From: Paramoeba atlantica
Taxonomy: Eukaryota; Protista; Discosea
Assembly: GCA_977017575.1 (NCBI GenBank)
Contig: CDRNVI010000016.1
Location: 186,001 to 250,000 of the forward strand
Length of the DNA: 64,000 nt
Direction of reading: 5' to 3'
Positions 20,401 to 31,466 of the stretch are shown here, piece by piece. The position numbers and the translations under genes were made by a program. Under the pieces are notes generated by a model. The model was not told the DNA's origin, did no database searches, and saw only the letters and a program-made list of their open reading frames with translations. Each line of letters begins with the position of its first letter. Position 1 is the first letter of the stretch.

Positions 20401-22149
20401 ATGTCTGCAGACTCCAATACACCGTTATCTTTGATCAGATCTCCTTGCGCAAGCTACGATGAAAATTTTATCCGTGCTAGCACCACTCATCACACGACAA
20501 CTGTGAGCCAAGAAGACAGCTATCAGGAAAATGATAAAAAAGAGCCGCCGGGAGACAAGCCTCTTTTAAGTTGTGTACAACATACGTTTCATTTTCGTAC
20601 TTTACGTCAAGTGAGCCGCACGGGTGTGATGCTCGTGGGATGGGGCGGAGCGAATGGTTCGACTCTCACTGCAGGCGTGACCGCCAACAAGAAACACCTA
20701 AAGTGGAATACAAAGCACGGCCCCAGGACTCCAAATTATTTGGGAAGTCTGACGCAAAATGCTACCATGTATTTAGGGAAATGTCATCTAGGTGAATATA
20801 GCAGAGACTATAACTGTGCGTACTCGCAACTGGTCCCGCTACTGGATCCCAATGATATTGTATTGGGTGGGTGGGATATTCGCCCTGCGAATCTTTATAG
20901 AGCCATGAAGGCAGCAGCTGTTTTGGACTACGATTTACAGGTTCAATTGCAAGAGGAGATGGAGTTGCTTGCGCCACTTCCCGGGTATTGTGATCCAAAG
21001 TTTATTGCGACGAATCAGTGCGATACCTCTACCCACACACTTCCCATAGAATGGACACTAGCCCGTGTGCTGCAACGTTTGCGCGAAGACATTCGCACCT
21101 TTAAATCACAAAATAATGTTGATATCGTAACTGTTATGTGGACAGGAAATACCGAATCTTGCGTAGATCACACTGCTTTACAGTTTTCTACAGCCGAACA
21201 TCTTCTTTGTGGTCTTCAGAAATCATCTCGAGGTGAGGGATTTCCTCCAAGTCTTCTGTACGCTACAGCTGCGATCCTGGAGAACTCATCCTTCCTAAAT
21301 GGTTCACCACAAAACACACTAGCCCCGGGGTTAGTGGACCTAGCTGAGCAAGTACGCCGAGCCCACATGTCTCCCGATATTGCAGCATTGATTTCAGGAA
21401 TGACTCCACAATATAGCAAGGGAAAAAGCCCATTTTTTATTGCTGGAGACGACTTCAAAACTGGGCAGACGAAACTCAAAGGAGTTCTCTTGGACTTTTT
21501 CGTTGGAGCGGGCTTTCGACCCGAGTGTGTTGCTTCCTATAATCATTTGGGAAACAATGATGGGCTCAATTTAAGCGAGAAATCACAATTCGAATCCAAA
21601 GAAAGGAGCAAGAGCGCGCTGGTGGAACAAATTGTGCAATCTAATTCTTTGCTTTTTCGCGATGGATACCGCGGACCCGACCACACAGTCGTAATCAAGC
21701 ACCTACCCTACGTGGGGGATTCAAAGCGAGCACTGGACGAGTATACTTTTAGCACGTTCATGAATGGAACACACACACTGGTCATGCATAATACCTGCGA
21801 GGACAGTCTTCTAGCTGCTGGCGTTATGATCGACATGCTCGTTCTCTGCGAACTGCTCACACGTGTTGGCGTTTCGTATCGTTCCGAAGTCAATGAGTAT
21901 GATGACAAAGTCAGACCAGAGCAGAAAATTCTTTTACATGAGTATGCTCCCATGGATGTTTTAGCTTCGAACATGTTTGGTTATTTCCTAAAGGCCCCCA
22001 AAACAAGAATTCTCAACCGTACTATTCCTGAGGTTCATTCTCCGAGTCAACAGAAATTGTGTATCGAGAACTTTATTCGCGCTCTTGTCGGATTGGGACC
22101 TGAATCATATACACATCTAGAGCAATATGCATGTATGCAGCAAGTTTGA
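20401..22149 (+). CDS. INO1: myo-inositol-1-phosphate synthase
   Basis: GWGGANG, GWDI, MWTGNTE, NGSPQN, GDDFKTGQTK, SYNHLGNNDG, YVGDSKRALDEY, HNTCEDSLLA. Confidence 0.95.
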   Translation: MSADSNTPLSLIRSPCASYDENFIRASTTHHTTTVSQEDSYQENDKKEPPGDKPLLSCVQHTFHFRTLRQVSRTGVMLVGWGGANGSTLTAGVTANKKHLKWNTKHGPRTPNYLGSLTQNATMYLGKCHLGEYSRDYNCAYSQLVPLLDPNDIVLGGWDIRPANLYRAMKAAAVLDYDLQVQLQEEMELLAPLPGYCDPKFIATNQCDTSTHTLPIEWTLARVLQRLREDIRTFKSQNNVDIVTVMWTGNTESCVDHTALQFSTAEHLLCGLQKSSRGEGFPPSLLYATAAILENSSFLNGSPQNTLAPGLVDLAEQVRRAHMSPDIAALISGMTPQYSKGKSPFFIAGDDFKTGQTKLKGVLLDFFVGAGFRPECVASYNHLGNNDGLNLSEKSQFESKERSKSALVEQIVQSNSLLFRDGYRGPDHTVVIKHLPYVGDSKRALDEYTFSTFMNGTHTLVMHNTCEDSLLAAGVMIDMLVLCELLTRVGVSYRSEVNEYDDKVRPEQKILLHEYAPMDVLASNMFGYFLKAPKTRILNRTIPEVHSPSQQKLCIENFIRALVGLGPESYTHLEQYACMQQV

Positions 22150-22345
22150 TTTTTTTTTGTGTTGTTCTACTTAGATCCGCTGTACTTAAGAGGATCATTG
22201 GGCTAAAGAAGGGTCTTTCTTCGGCTTACGCAGGTGTTCGGAAGTGTTTACGTATTGTAAGATTTTGTACAGTTCATGATGAGCCTTACAGCTTTCTTAT
22301 TTTCGTTACTATCTTTTTTATAAAAACATCGTATTCTAAGCCAGT

Positions 22346-23374
22346 ATGTCGTTCTTAGCCAGGCCTAACCAAAAAACAGCCTCTAGACTTTGGCTACTTA
22401 GCCAAGGAGGAAGAATGCACTGCACTTCCAGACACCACGGATCGAACGCTATACTCACAATGCGAAATATGAATCGGACGAACGTCCAGTTACGCAGCGC
22501 AATCCGTTCCTGGATGCCTTTCGCATCCTCTTCTATTTCTAACATACCACATGTTCAACAACATGTCGGCTGCGTTCCGAGTCGCTTTGCGTCCAATTTT
22601 GTACTTACTTCCCTTCCTACGTTACAGCAAACGCTCCGAATGCATTCCACGTCCAACACAGAGAACCAGAAAGCTTCTTCTGCAGAGGACTCGAAGGCAA
22701 GTTCAGAGGAAAATGAAAAGAGTCAAAAGGAGTTTGAAAACATGCACTTCATACGACGCGAGTACCTTGGCTTGCGCCAGGACATTCGTGAGTACCCCGA
22801 CATCTACAATGCGGTGAACGCGTTCCAGTTCATTCTGTTCACCGTATTTTGCCTCAGCAGTACGGGTTCCAAAGCTGAGGAGGAGTTCTGGATCCGCATG
22901 TGTGGGATCGACCTCCAGTGGGGCTCACTCCTTGCTCCCCTGCTCCATGTATTCCTCACGACCAACTTTCTCTCCATGGCATTTGCTATGCTTCTGTTGC
23001 ACAATCTTGGCCATACGGTGATCCAGGCGGTCGGGGCTCCGTTCCTACTGCGGTACCTCTCAGTTGTAGCGTTAGGCTCCGGAGCTCTCATGTGTGGCAT
23101 GAAGATGTTCTTCCCGAATATTGGACAAGGTGAAGTACAATATGGACCATGGGATATAATTGTTGGTCTCTTCGTCGTGAGTGCTGCCACAAGTGGGTAT
23201 TCCCCGCTGCAGCTGCTGGGGTCGTTTAGCGGATGGGTGAAGTATGCGGCGTTTCTTGGCGCAGGAGTAATCATGTACTATGACTGGCAGCCCTGTGTGT
23301 TTGGATTTCTTGTGGCCTATGGGCTGCATCGCAGTGGAATCAGTCGTATTCCATCTACAGTGGCAGCGTCATGA
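22346..23374 (+). CDS. Mitochondrial rhomboid-like protein, probably catalytically inactive (TimRhom-like)
   Basis: Arg/Ser-rich presequence-like N-terminus; about 6 TM helices with rhomboid-like pattern (LLHVF..NFL...ML.L..LG); no GxSG motif. Confidence 0.55.
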   Translation: MSFLARPNQKTASRLWLLSQGGRMHCTSRHHGSNAILTMRNMNRTNVQLRSAIRSWMPFASSSISNIPHVQQHVGCVPSRFASNFVLTSLPTLQQTLRMHSTSNTENQKASSAEDSKASSEENEKSQKEFENMHFIRREYLGLRQDIREYPDIYNAVNAFQFILFTVFCLSSTGSKAEEEFWIRMCGIDLQWGSLLAPLLHVFLTTNFLSMAFAMLLLHNLGHTVIQAVGAPFLLRYLSVVALGSGALMCGMKMFFPNIGQGEVQYGPWDIIVGLFVVSAATSGYSPLQLLGSFSGWVKYAAFLGAGVIMYYDWQPCVFGFLVAYGLHRSGISRIPSTVAAS

Positions 23375-23664
23375 CAGTGGACGAGAGTGCAATGTAGTCG
23401 TGTGAAGGAAGATGCTAGTTTCGGCATCGACTACTAGGGTACGATAGATTGTTGTTTTAGTTCCTGTGTGCTACAAATGGTATTATACGATTGAGCTACC
23501 TATCCGGCATCACATAAATAAGGTCAGCTTTTAACTAACAAACATACATGTAGGAAAAGAAAACATTTTTAAGAGCTCCTCATAATACTTGTAAGAATGT
23601 TAAGCTTATTTCTCAACTTATTTAATCTAGACACGCATATTCTAGAATACATTAAGGAAAGTAA

Positions 23665-24348
23665 ATGCCAAAAAAGTTCGGCATCAATGATAAAAGTGCA
23701 GCGTCTAGAGATCGAAATAACCAACGTAAGGAACGCGTAGCGCAAGAAAAGGCACAGGCAATAGAGAATGCAAATTGGAAAGAAACAGACAAACATGAAA
23801 TAAAAAAAGCCGAGCGAATCGCTCAACGTGAAGCCAAGGAACTAGAGCGTCTAGCACGTGAGGCCGAAAAGTCCGCATTGCGCCGTGCCGAGGAGAATGC
23901 GTTATCATCTTCATCTGCCCCTAAAAAGGTCACGCATTTTGAACTCCAAAGAGACTTAGAACGTACGTCATCTCGTAATCGAATGGCTCATTCCTCGTCT
24001 CAAAATTTTATCTCACCGGACGAGCACGCGAGTACGCTAATGAGTCACTCCACGTGCGCCACCAATGCTACCATTGCAGATAACGCACAAGTCATAGCGT
24101 CAGGCTTTGATACGGTTTCCGACGCTCTTTCTGGACTTAGTGCACAACCGGATCGACACCCCGAACGTAGGATGAAAGCTGCATTCCTACAATACCAGTC
24201 GACTCATTTACCTAAATTAAAGCGTGATATACCCGGACTACGTCTGTCGCAATATAAACAAATGCTATGGGATAAATGGCTGAAGAGTCCGGAAAATCCC
24301 ATTGTCCGAGCACACTTGACTAGTTTGGTGCACCAGAACCCAAAGTAG
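23665..24348 (+). CDS. CCDC124: Coiled-coil domain-containing protein 124 / Lso2 ribosome hibernation factor
   Basis: MPKKFG start; DRHPERRMKAAF; GLRLSQYKQMLWDKWLKSPENP. Confidence 0.9.
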   Translation: MPKKFGINDKSAASRDRNNQRKERVAQEKAQAIENANWKETDKHEIKKAERIAQREAKELERLAREAEKSALRRAEENALSSSSAPKKVTHFELQRDLERTSSRNRMAHSSSQNFISPDEHASTLMSHSTCATNATIADNAQVIASGFDTVSDALSGLSAQPDRHPERRMKAAFLQYQSTHLPKLKRDIPGLRLSQYKQMLWDKWLKSPENPIVRAHLTSLVHQNPK

Positions 24349-24738
24349 TACCGCTAAGATTTCTGATGATTTCGCTTTGGAGTAAAAAAACATCACGAGA
24401 TAAAAATTTGCAATTACAGATTGCAATTACAAAACCGTACACCCATGTGGGCATGTACTCCCTGATGACCATACCTACGTGTATCACTGACCATGTATGA
24501 ACTCTGACAATGCATCATTGACCACCATATCTACCCGTAGAGTTCGTTCCTTGTGAAATTTCGTGCTGCCAAAACTACTTCATAACCTACGTTTATCATA
24601 AATTATGAGTCCCTCATTAATATGCCAATTGTTATGTCAAGGAGACAAGGTTTACAAGCAGTGTGTTACTATGCTTAGGAAAACTATCTGTTTTCCTATC
24701 TATCCTATTCCATGAAAAGTCTATGATGGACTATCTGC

Positions 24739-25776
24739 ATGCTATCCCACAAAACTTTCATCAAGATAGATAGCTCATTGCGAAGCTCCGTAAAAGTTCT
24801 TGAATTCTTAGATGGATTATGCACTCAATGCCTCGCCCGTCTTAAACAGGACCATCCTGCCCATACACTCTTCCTGAACACTAGAGGTCGAGTACTCGCC
24901 GATGCATTAGTTCACCTTACGCCACGAGAAAACATTATTGTTGAGTGCGATGAGTCGCAGAGCTCTTCTTTGGTACAACATCTACGCAAATTCGCAGAAT
25001 ATGCAACCATTCCTTTAGACATAGGCATAGCGTCAGACATGACGGTAGGAGTGTATTCGAAGAAGAGCGAACTTGAAGAAATACCATATCTGAAGAACAT
25101 TTTACAAAGCTTATTGCTATTCCGCAAGACCGACGCCTTGCCTCAAACTAGACCAGACTTTTCTTTCGCTGCTCGTGATCCTCGCGCACCGCTTTCTCAT
25201 ATTCATCGTATCTACTTTAACAAGGATGAGACTCCGTCTTCCCGGTACGAAGAAAAGGACCTAGTTGGTTTAAAGGCATCAGCATATCGTTCCTTACGGC
25301 ATATGGAAGGAATTGCGGAAGGATCAGAAATTCAATATGAAAGAGCTTTACCAACAGAGTTCAATTTCGATCTACTAGGCAGCATTTCCTACACAAAGGG
25401 TTGCTACTTGGGTCAAGAGCTTACAGCTAGAAGTCATTTTTCAGGTATTATAAGAAGAAGAGTTGTACCCTTTTATGTGCCGCATCCAATTGCTGAGACT
25501 CAAATCAATGGGAGTATTTCTGAAGCAATATCCCTGTTAGATTCGGAGGGTAAAGCCATTGGTAAAGTTATAGCGTTTCATAAGCAATGGGGACTGGCTT
25601 CATGTACATGTCATCCCCTTTTTCAGAGGGAACTCAATGACGTCGAGATCAATGCATCACTCTGCGCTACGTGGCAAGGTTATTTACCTTGTCGACTTCA
25701 ATATACGGAGAGCCAGACCCAGAGCAAAACCAAATGCTACCTGTATATTCCCTATTGGTGGCCTGACGATAGATAG
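24739..25776 (+). CDS. IBA57: Mitochondrial Fe-S cluster assembly factor IBA57/CAF17 (YgfZ-like)
   Basis: FLNTRGRVLAD, EGIAEG, and KGCYLGQELTAR signature. Confidence 0.9.
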   Translation: MLSHKTFIKIDSSLRSSVKVLEFLDGLCTQCLARLKQDHPAHTLFLNTRGRVLADALVHLTPRENIIVECDESQSSSLVQHLRKFAEYATIPLDIGIASDMTVGVYSKKSELEEIPYLKNILQSLLLFRKTDALPQTRPDFSFAARDPRAPLSHIHRIYFNKDETPSSRYEEKDLVGLKASAYRSLRHMEGIAEGSEIQYERALPTEFNFDLLGSISYTKGCYLGQELTARSHFSGIIRRRVVPFYVPHPIAETQINGSISEAISLLDSEGKAIGKVIAFHKQWGLASCTCHPLFQRELNDVEINASLCATWQGYLPCRLQYTESQTQSKTKCYLYIPYWWPDDR

Positions 25777-26157
25777 AGCAAAGTTCTTAGTTACTAGTAA
25801 TTCCAGTAAGAACAAGTCATGAAAATTTTTCATGACAGTTTTTCAAAAACTGCGGATGGAGTGCAAATTAATGACATTATGTAAAATTATACAAGGCCAT
25901 GTGATATTACGCAACATGATGCAAGGCCGCGTCGGATCACGCAAGATATTCTTCTACTCGACACAGCGGGTAGAGATCAAAATGAGATCACGCGAGGTCA
26001 GACCCATAGTTTCTTTGTACTTGGTTTGGGGGTATCTAATTTCTTTATTGGCATTTATCAGCTAGATGTTTAATGTATGATGATATCTGATACTACATTG
26101 GGTGCAGTGTAACGAAAGTACTAAACCGGGGGACGGAATAATATTAAGTTGTTGAAA

Positions 26158-26262
26158 CTTAATAATAACTTGACAACTTAATAATAACCTGTCAAACTTA
26201 ATAATAACCTGTCAACGTTTTGAAACTTAATATTAACTTGTCGGCGGGTTATTATTAAGTTT
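26158..26262. repeat. Left subterminal array of roughly 20-bp CTTAATAATAAC units of element 1
   Basis: cttaataataacttgacaa / cttaataataacctgtcaaa / cttaataataacctgtcaac / cttaatattaac, plus one inverted gttattattaag. Confidence 0.85.
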
Positions 26263-26373
26263 GTAATAAAATTAACAAATTGTTTTTTTATGTATGCAAT
26301 CTTTAACAATATTTTTTTTATCTGAATCTTTACCCGACTTCATAAACTTCATAAATCTTTCTTTTCTTTACCT

Positions 26374-28235
26374 TTATTCGGTGGAGCGTCGTGGGTTACA
26401 CCATTTATCGAGCCGTCCTTGGAATGATTTTCGTGCCTGGACGCTTTTCCCACGCTTAAAGGCATCTTCGATTCTCTTAGCTTCGTCTCTCTCATCGTCA
26501 TCGCTTGGCGGAACAAAGACATATCCTTCTAAACATTTCACATGCGACCACGATGCATCACAAGGGTCGATATACCCCAAGCTTTTGAATTGTTGAACAA
26601 CGTTCATAGAAGAGGAAAGGGTCCCTGATTCATCAAGAGAGTCGTTGTCGAGGTTTATAACTTGTTCGTGCGCTCGGGCAACGGCATTATGCATCCATTG
26701 TCTTTTTTGGCGGGCGGTCCGACGGATATGTTGTTCTCTGTGCCAAATGTTTACTTGCTCGCGTTTGTACGAAGAAGCATAAAATACATCAATCCATTGA
26801 ATTCAGGATGTTGTTGCAGGGGGTAATATGGCACAATAGCAGTTAGCAAACGCATCGAGAACGTCACTTGTTATGTGAGATCGGCAGGAGTCTAGATAAA
26901 TTAAAGTGTGGCCTGCGTCATTTATATCCAGTTCACGTTTGAGAAAGGGAATAAAGTCTTGGAGAAAAAAATCTTTGTTCACGACACCTTTCGGAGTAAA
27001 AGCTCGAGCCGTCTTTGCATCAAATATCTCCTGACTAGATCTTTTTCCAGCTCCTTTCCACACGATAAAAGGTTTTAGAAAGAAATGACTCGTTGGACTT
27101 CCATTTTTATCCAGTTTCACGCCAGCACCGCAGATAAGCGTTGCGCATCGCTTCATATCATTCGGATTGCAACGCCCTCGTACATTTTCTTCTCCTCGCT
27201 GTGCAATTGCTTTTAAAGATTTCATGGACCCGCGAAATGATATGGGAATTTCATCAAAATTCAGAACGGAACGAAACTTTTTTGTTTTAAGACAACGATA
27301 GGCAAACGTATGAAAGGAATGAATTCTTTTCTTTGTCTCTTCACTTGATAGCTGAGTTGATCTCTTTACTAATCTTATAGACCATTTGTAAGAGTGGAGG
27401 AATCTCCCTATCCAACGTTCGCTTACTCCTGTAATCCCCCGTGCTTTGTTCTGCTCTGGTGATTTGCGGTTTTCCTTTTCCAGCATGCGAAATGCCTCTT
27501 GGCGCACCATCTCGGTTGTTATCAAAGCATCGTTCTCTCGAGCTCCAAGAATAAAATATTGCAATTGTTGTTTTAACCATTTCTGTTTATGCCCCTTTAC
27601 ATGCCTTTTACGCTTTTGACTTTGCCTAGGAATATTAGAGTATGCCATAACTTGCTTTTTGTTAAAAATGTGGACACGTTTCTTAGGGAATCGCTTGTCG
27701 ATCCAAGAGTTTAACTTGCGGAGTGATCCATAAGCATCTCGATCTTGTTGCGACCAGGAAATCCACTTCTCATGTATATTACACGCTTTTGTCTAGCCGT
27801 GGGTTCCACTCGACCGCGCACACCCTGGTCTATAGGACGCCCCGTATATACTACGCAATGTTGCTTTTTGCGCTCGTTCTTGTCTTTCCCTCCAACAGTC
27901 AGCTCCGCTCCGTTATCTTCATCATCCGAAGTTGAATTACTCTTAATTTTACTTTCGCTCGCACTTTCAACATTATATCCTATTTCTTCTTCGCTTGAAT
28001 TCACACTTTCACATTCGCTTTCACAATTGCTTTCACTTTCGCTCTCGCTAGCACTTTCACTTTCTCCGTCGCTTCCGCTACCAATTACGTCCGACGAGTC
28101 ATCAAGCATTTCTACCCCTTCATCATCCTCAAGGAACATAATCTCATCGTTCTCCTGAACGTAGGTTGGGTCACACTCTGCCTGAGCCAATCTATGAAGG
28201 GTCAAACTTTCGGCGAAAAAATCTCCTTCTCCCAT
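26374..28235 (-). pseudogene. Disrupted pogo transposase (acidic N-terminus, HTH, DD33D)
   Basis: NFDE, YLDSCRSH and PPATTS*IQWID. ORFs 26803..27648 and 26374..26694 are in frame across one TGA (26803-26805). The frame extends upstream to a probable frameshift near 27775 that joins the acidic ORF 27711..28247. Confidence 0.8.
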
Positions 28236-28251
28236 CGAAAAACACAAACTG

Positions 28252-28370
28252 AATAATAACTTGACAACTTAATAATAACTTGTCCAGCTTAATAATAACC
28301 TATCTAGCTTAATAATAACTTGTCTAACTTAATAATAAACCGCAACTTAATAATGAACCGCATCTTAATA
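28252..28370. repeat. Right subterminal array of CTTAATAATAAC units of element 1
   Basis: Six to seven units of 18-20 bp, in the same orientation as the left array. Confidence 0.85.
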
Positions 28371-28441
28371 TTATTCCGTCCCCCGGTTTACTTCAACTCA
28401 ATTGCATAATAGTATAGCTTTGTTGGATACTAAAAGATTGA

Positions 28442-29425
28442 ATGCTTCCGACGCAACATGCTGACAATACGTTTTTATACCAAGTCGCAGGCCATGGTGA
28501 CATCCTACAGTCAGGAACGGACCCACAAAAAAGTTTGTCAGTGTGGAAAGTCGCGAGAAAGCATGAACTAGCATGTTACAATAAGATGTTGGCAAAAAAC
28601 CACCCCTTACACAAGCTTTCCCACTACGTTCCACCCTTCTATGGGGAAGTCATCTCACCCTGTACGCAGAATGCTAATGATAATTGTCCATTACCTTATT
28701 CTGTGCCAAAAGTGTCTCATTCTTCATGTCGAATTTCAGCTGCTCCTTGACTGTTTCAAAGCATACCGTGCTTAGTCAGTCGCTTAGAAATGAAGAACAT
28801 GGTGTCTTCATGTGGCAATCCTCAGGCTATGGATATTAAGCTGGGAAAAGTTCATCACAACCGAACAATGCACCCTGAGAAGGTGCAGGCGAGTAAGAAG
28901 AAAGTATCAGTGTGCACTTCAAGGGCATATGCATTGCGCATCTCCGGTGCTTCAGAAGTACATAATGCGAGACTCCGAGGACGCTCAGCTCAATCGTTGT
29001 TAGAATTACGTGACGTTCTGCAAGAATTCTTTCTTCGTTCTTCGATAGACTGCTATAATAAATTTGCCCACGAAAGCACCGTGTTACATCAATCTTTTCG
29101 CGAAATTACTTCCCTTCAAAATGCGCTGCGAAACATTACTCTGGATACCAGTTTTATTTCATGTTCGGTTCTTATTACCCACGACGAATCTGCGAGTCAT
29201 CGCACATCAGGTTGGAATTGCGCTGCAAAAGTCATTAATGCAAAGCTCATCGATTTTGCGAATTGTGTTTCATCTTCCGAACACGGATTGCTTGATATTC
29301 ATGTGGGTGCGGCTTACGGACTACGTATGTTGGCTACTCTTCTGCAACACCTTTACCACAAGTCACTCTGTATTAACACCTATAGAACAGACACTCATAA
29401 TATACATGTAGACATACATGTATGA
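28442..29425 (+). pseudogene. Inositol polyphosphate kinase (IPK/IPMK/IP6K family) interrupted by one in-frame TGA
   Basis: QVAGHG and VPPFYG in ORF 28442..28750; PQAMDIKLG, SCSVLI and LIDFA in ORF 28790..29425. Both ORFs share one frame; the only break is TGA 28748-28750. Confidence 0.75.
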
Positions 29426-30923
29426 ATCATATCCACTAAGCCACAGTGCAAACGTTTATCGATACCTATGTTTCTACTTCTTCATGATTTTTTGGAACAA
29501 ACCTGTCTTTGTACGCACCCAATCACTACTTCATTCTACACTAAAAAGATTCGTGTAAGTGTATTTCTATTTAGTCTAACCTTCACTCGACTCTTTGATG
29601 CGTGAAATCGTCTCGATACAGGCCGGCCAGTGTGGAAATCAAATTGGTTCTAAGTTTTGGGAAGTGATATGCGATGAGCACAGCGTCGACCCGTCAGGCA
29701 CGTATGTGGGTGACAATGATCGTCAGTTGGAGCGCATTAATGTGTACTTCAACGAAGCGACCGGAGGTCGATATGTTCCGCGTGCCGTGCTGATGGATCT
29801 GGAACCTGGTACAATGGACAGCGTTCGGGCTGGTCCGTATGGTCAAATCTTCCGCCCGGACAACTTTGTGTTTGGTCAGACTGGGGCCGGGAACAACTGG
29901 GCTAAGGGGCACTACACGGAGGGTGCTGAGCTCATTGATAGCGTACTGGATGTTTGCCGCAAAGAGGCTGAAAGCTGTGACTGCCTGCAGGGATTTCAAA
30001 TCTCACACTCCCTTGGTGGTGGGACAGGTTCAGGTACCGGAACTTTGTTGATTTCCAAGCTCCGTGAGGAGTACCCGGACCGCATGATGCTCACATTTAG
30101 CGTGATTCCTTCGCCCAAAGTGTCTGACACCGTCGTGGAACCCTACAACACAACTCTTTCGGTGCACCAACTCGTAGAGAACTCGGATGAATGTCTGTGC
30201 ATTGACAATGAAGCGCTGTATGACATTTGCTTTCGTACCTTGAAGTTGACGACTCCCACGTTTGGTGACCTGAATCATCTTGTGTCTGCGGTGATGTCCG
30301 GTGTGACGTGCTGTTTACGCTTTCCGGGACAGCTGAACTCCGACCTTCGCAAACTTGCGGTGAACCTGGTTCCATTTCCTCGCCTGCACTTCTTCATGGT
30401 CGGGTTTGCCCCCCTGACTTCTCGTGGCTCTCAGCAGTATCGCACATTTACTGTTCCTGAGTTAACGCAGCAAATGTTTGACTACAAGAACATGATGTGT
30501 GCCGCGGACCCGCGACACGGACGCTATCTCACTGCATCTGCCCTGTTCCGTGGACGTCTCTCCACGAAGGAGGTTGATGAGCAGATGTTGAACGTGCAGA
30601 ACAAGAACAGCTCGTACTTCATCGAGTGGATCCCGAACAACATCAAGAGCTCTGTGTGTGACGTCCCTCCGAAGGGGTTGAAGATGACGGTGACCTTTAT
30701 CGGGAACAACACTTGCATCCAAGAAATGTTCCGTCGCGTGGCGGAGCAGTTCACTGCAATGTTTCGGCGAAAGGCTTTTCTTCACTGGTACACCGGAGAA
30801 GGGATGGATGAGATGGAATTCACGGAAGCGGAAAGCAACATGAACGACCTTGTGGCAGAATACCAACAATACCAGGATGCCGGGATCGAGGAGGAAGAAC
30901 TCATTGACGAGCCGATGGCTGAA
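29378..30923 (+). repeat. Duplicated unit (5' flank plus beta-tubulin), repeated at 32813..34396
   Basis: About 220 bp of upstream sequence and the CDS match. Copy 2 has an extra TACACTGTATGTAC-type repeat insertion in the flank. Confidence 0.95.
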
Positions 30924-30932
30924 CAGCAGTGA
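29598..30932 (+). CDS. TUBB: Beta-tubulin copy 1
   Basis: MREIV start (ATG 29598), full-length beta-tubulin with kinetoplastid-like residues ([32 protein letters not shown]). Confidence 0.99.
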   Translation: MREIVSIQAGQCGNQIGSKFWEVICDEHSVDPSGTYVGDNDRQLERINVYFNEATGGRYVPRAVLMDLEPGTMDSVRAGPYGQIFRPDNFVFGQTGAGNNWAKGHYTEGAELIDSVLDVCRKEAESCDCLQGFQISHSLGGGTGSGTGTLLISKLREEYPDRMMLTFSVIPSPKVSDTVVEPYNTTLSVHQLVENSDECLCIDNEALYDICFRTLKLTTPTFGDLNHLVSAVMSGVTCCLRFPGQLNSDLRKLAVNLVPFPRLHFFMVGFAPLTSRGSQQYRTFTVPELTQQMFDYKNMMCAADPRHGRYLTASALFRGRLSTKEVDEQMLNVQNKNSSYFIEWIPNNIKSSVCDVPPKGLKMTVTFIGNNTCIQEMFRRVAEQFTAMFRRKAFLHWYTGEGMDEMEFTEAESNMNDLVAEYQQYQDAGIEEEELIDEPMAEQQ

Positions 30933-31466
30933 GGTTTTTAGTGACGGAATATTTTTTTCAAGTGTAGTAATATTTTGAGACAGCAGTGTAGTTAGTGTGT
31001 TTGGATTTTAAAATTTTGCTGGGATAGTGTTGCAATGTTTGAAATATTTTGGGCCCTAGAATTGGCGGAATGTTTGTGTGGTTTGGAAATTTGGTGACCT
31101 AAAGATTGTTTAATGTTTGAAAGTATAACTCATTTTATTGATTTCCCATTCCCAAAACATGAATGTCTACTTTTTGTGCTTAGGATTGAGTTTTTATTAG
31201 ATAGACAGTATTTGATGGATTATACCCGGCAGATGTATTATTCAACTTCACCCTTGACTATTTTTGTGCCGGATATTTTTGTATGTAGAATGAAGCACAT
31301 TTCAAATACTTGGTAGGACATTTGTGTATAATGTGTTTGACCATCGTGCGTGTATTAGGTATGCTTTTTATACCTATTTGAAGTTCATACGATTTCTTCT
31401 GTCTTTAGTGCATTATTACCGAGTCATATCCAACTTATATCCACCGAGATCTTTGCTCCATTTTTA

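Larger units (their letters stand above)
26124..28388 (-). mobile_element. pogo-type DNA transposon (element 1), 2.27 kb, 25-bp perfect TIRs, TA target duplication
   Basis: TA|AACCGGGGGACGGAATAATATTAAG at 26122-26148 is the exact reverse complement of 28364-28390; encloses a DDE_1 transposase. Confidence 0.9.

Noticed and set aside
28748-28790. Cis-spliced intron removing the IPK stop
   Set aside because: The frame is continuous without splicing, and cis introns are very rare in kinetoplastids.
20401-29425. Inositol pathway gene cluster (INO1 plus IPK)
   Set aside because: Three unrelated genes and a transposon intervene, and polycistrons are not functionally grouped; likely chance.
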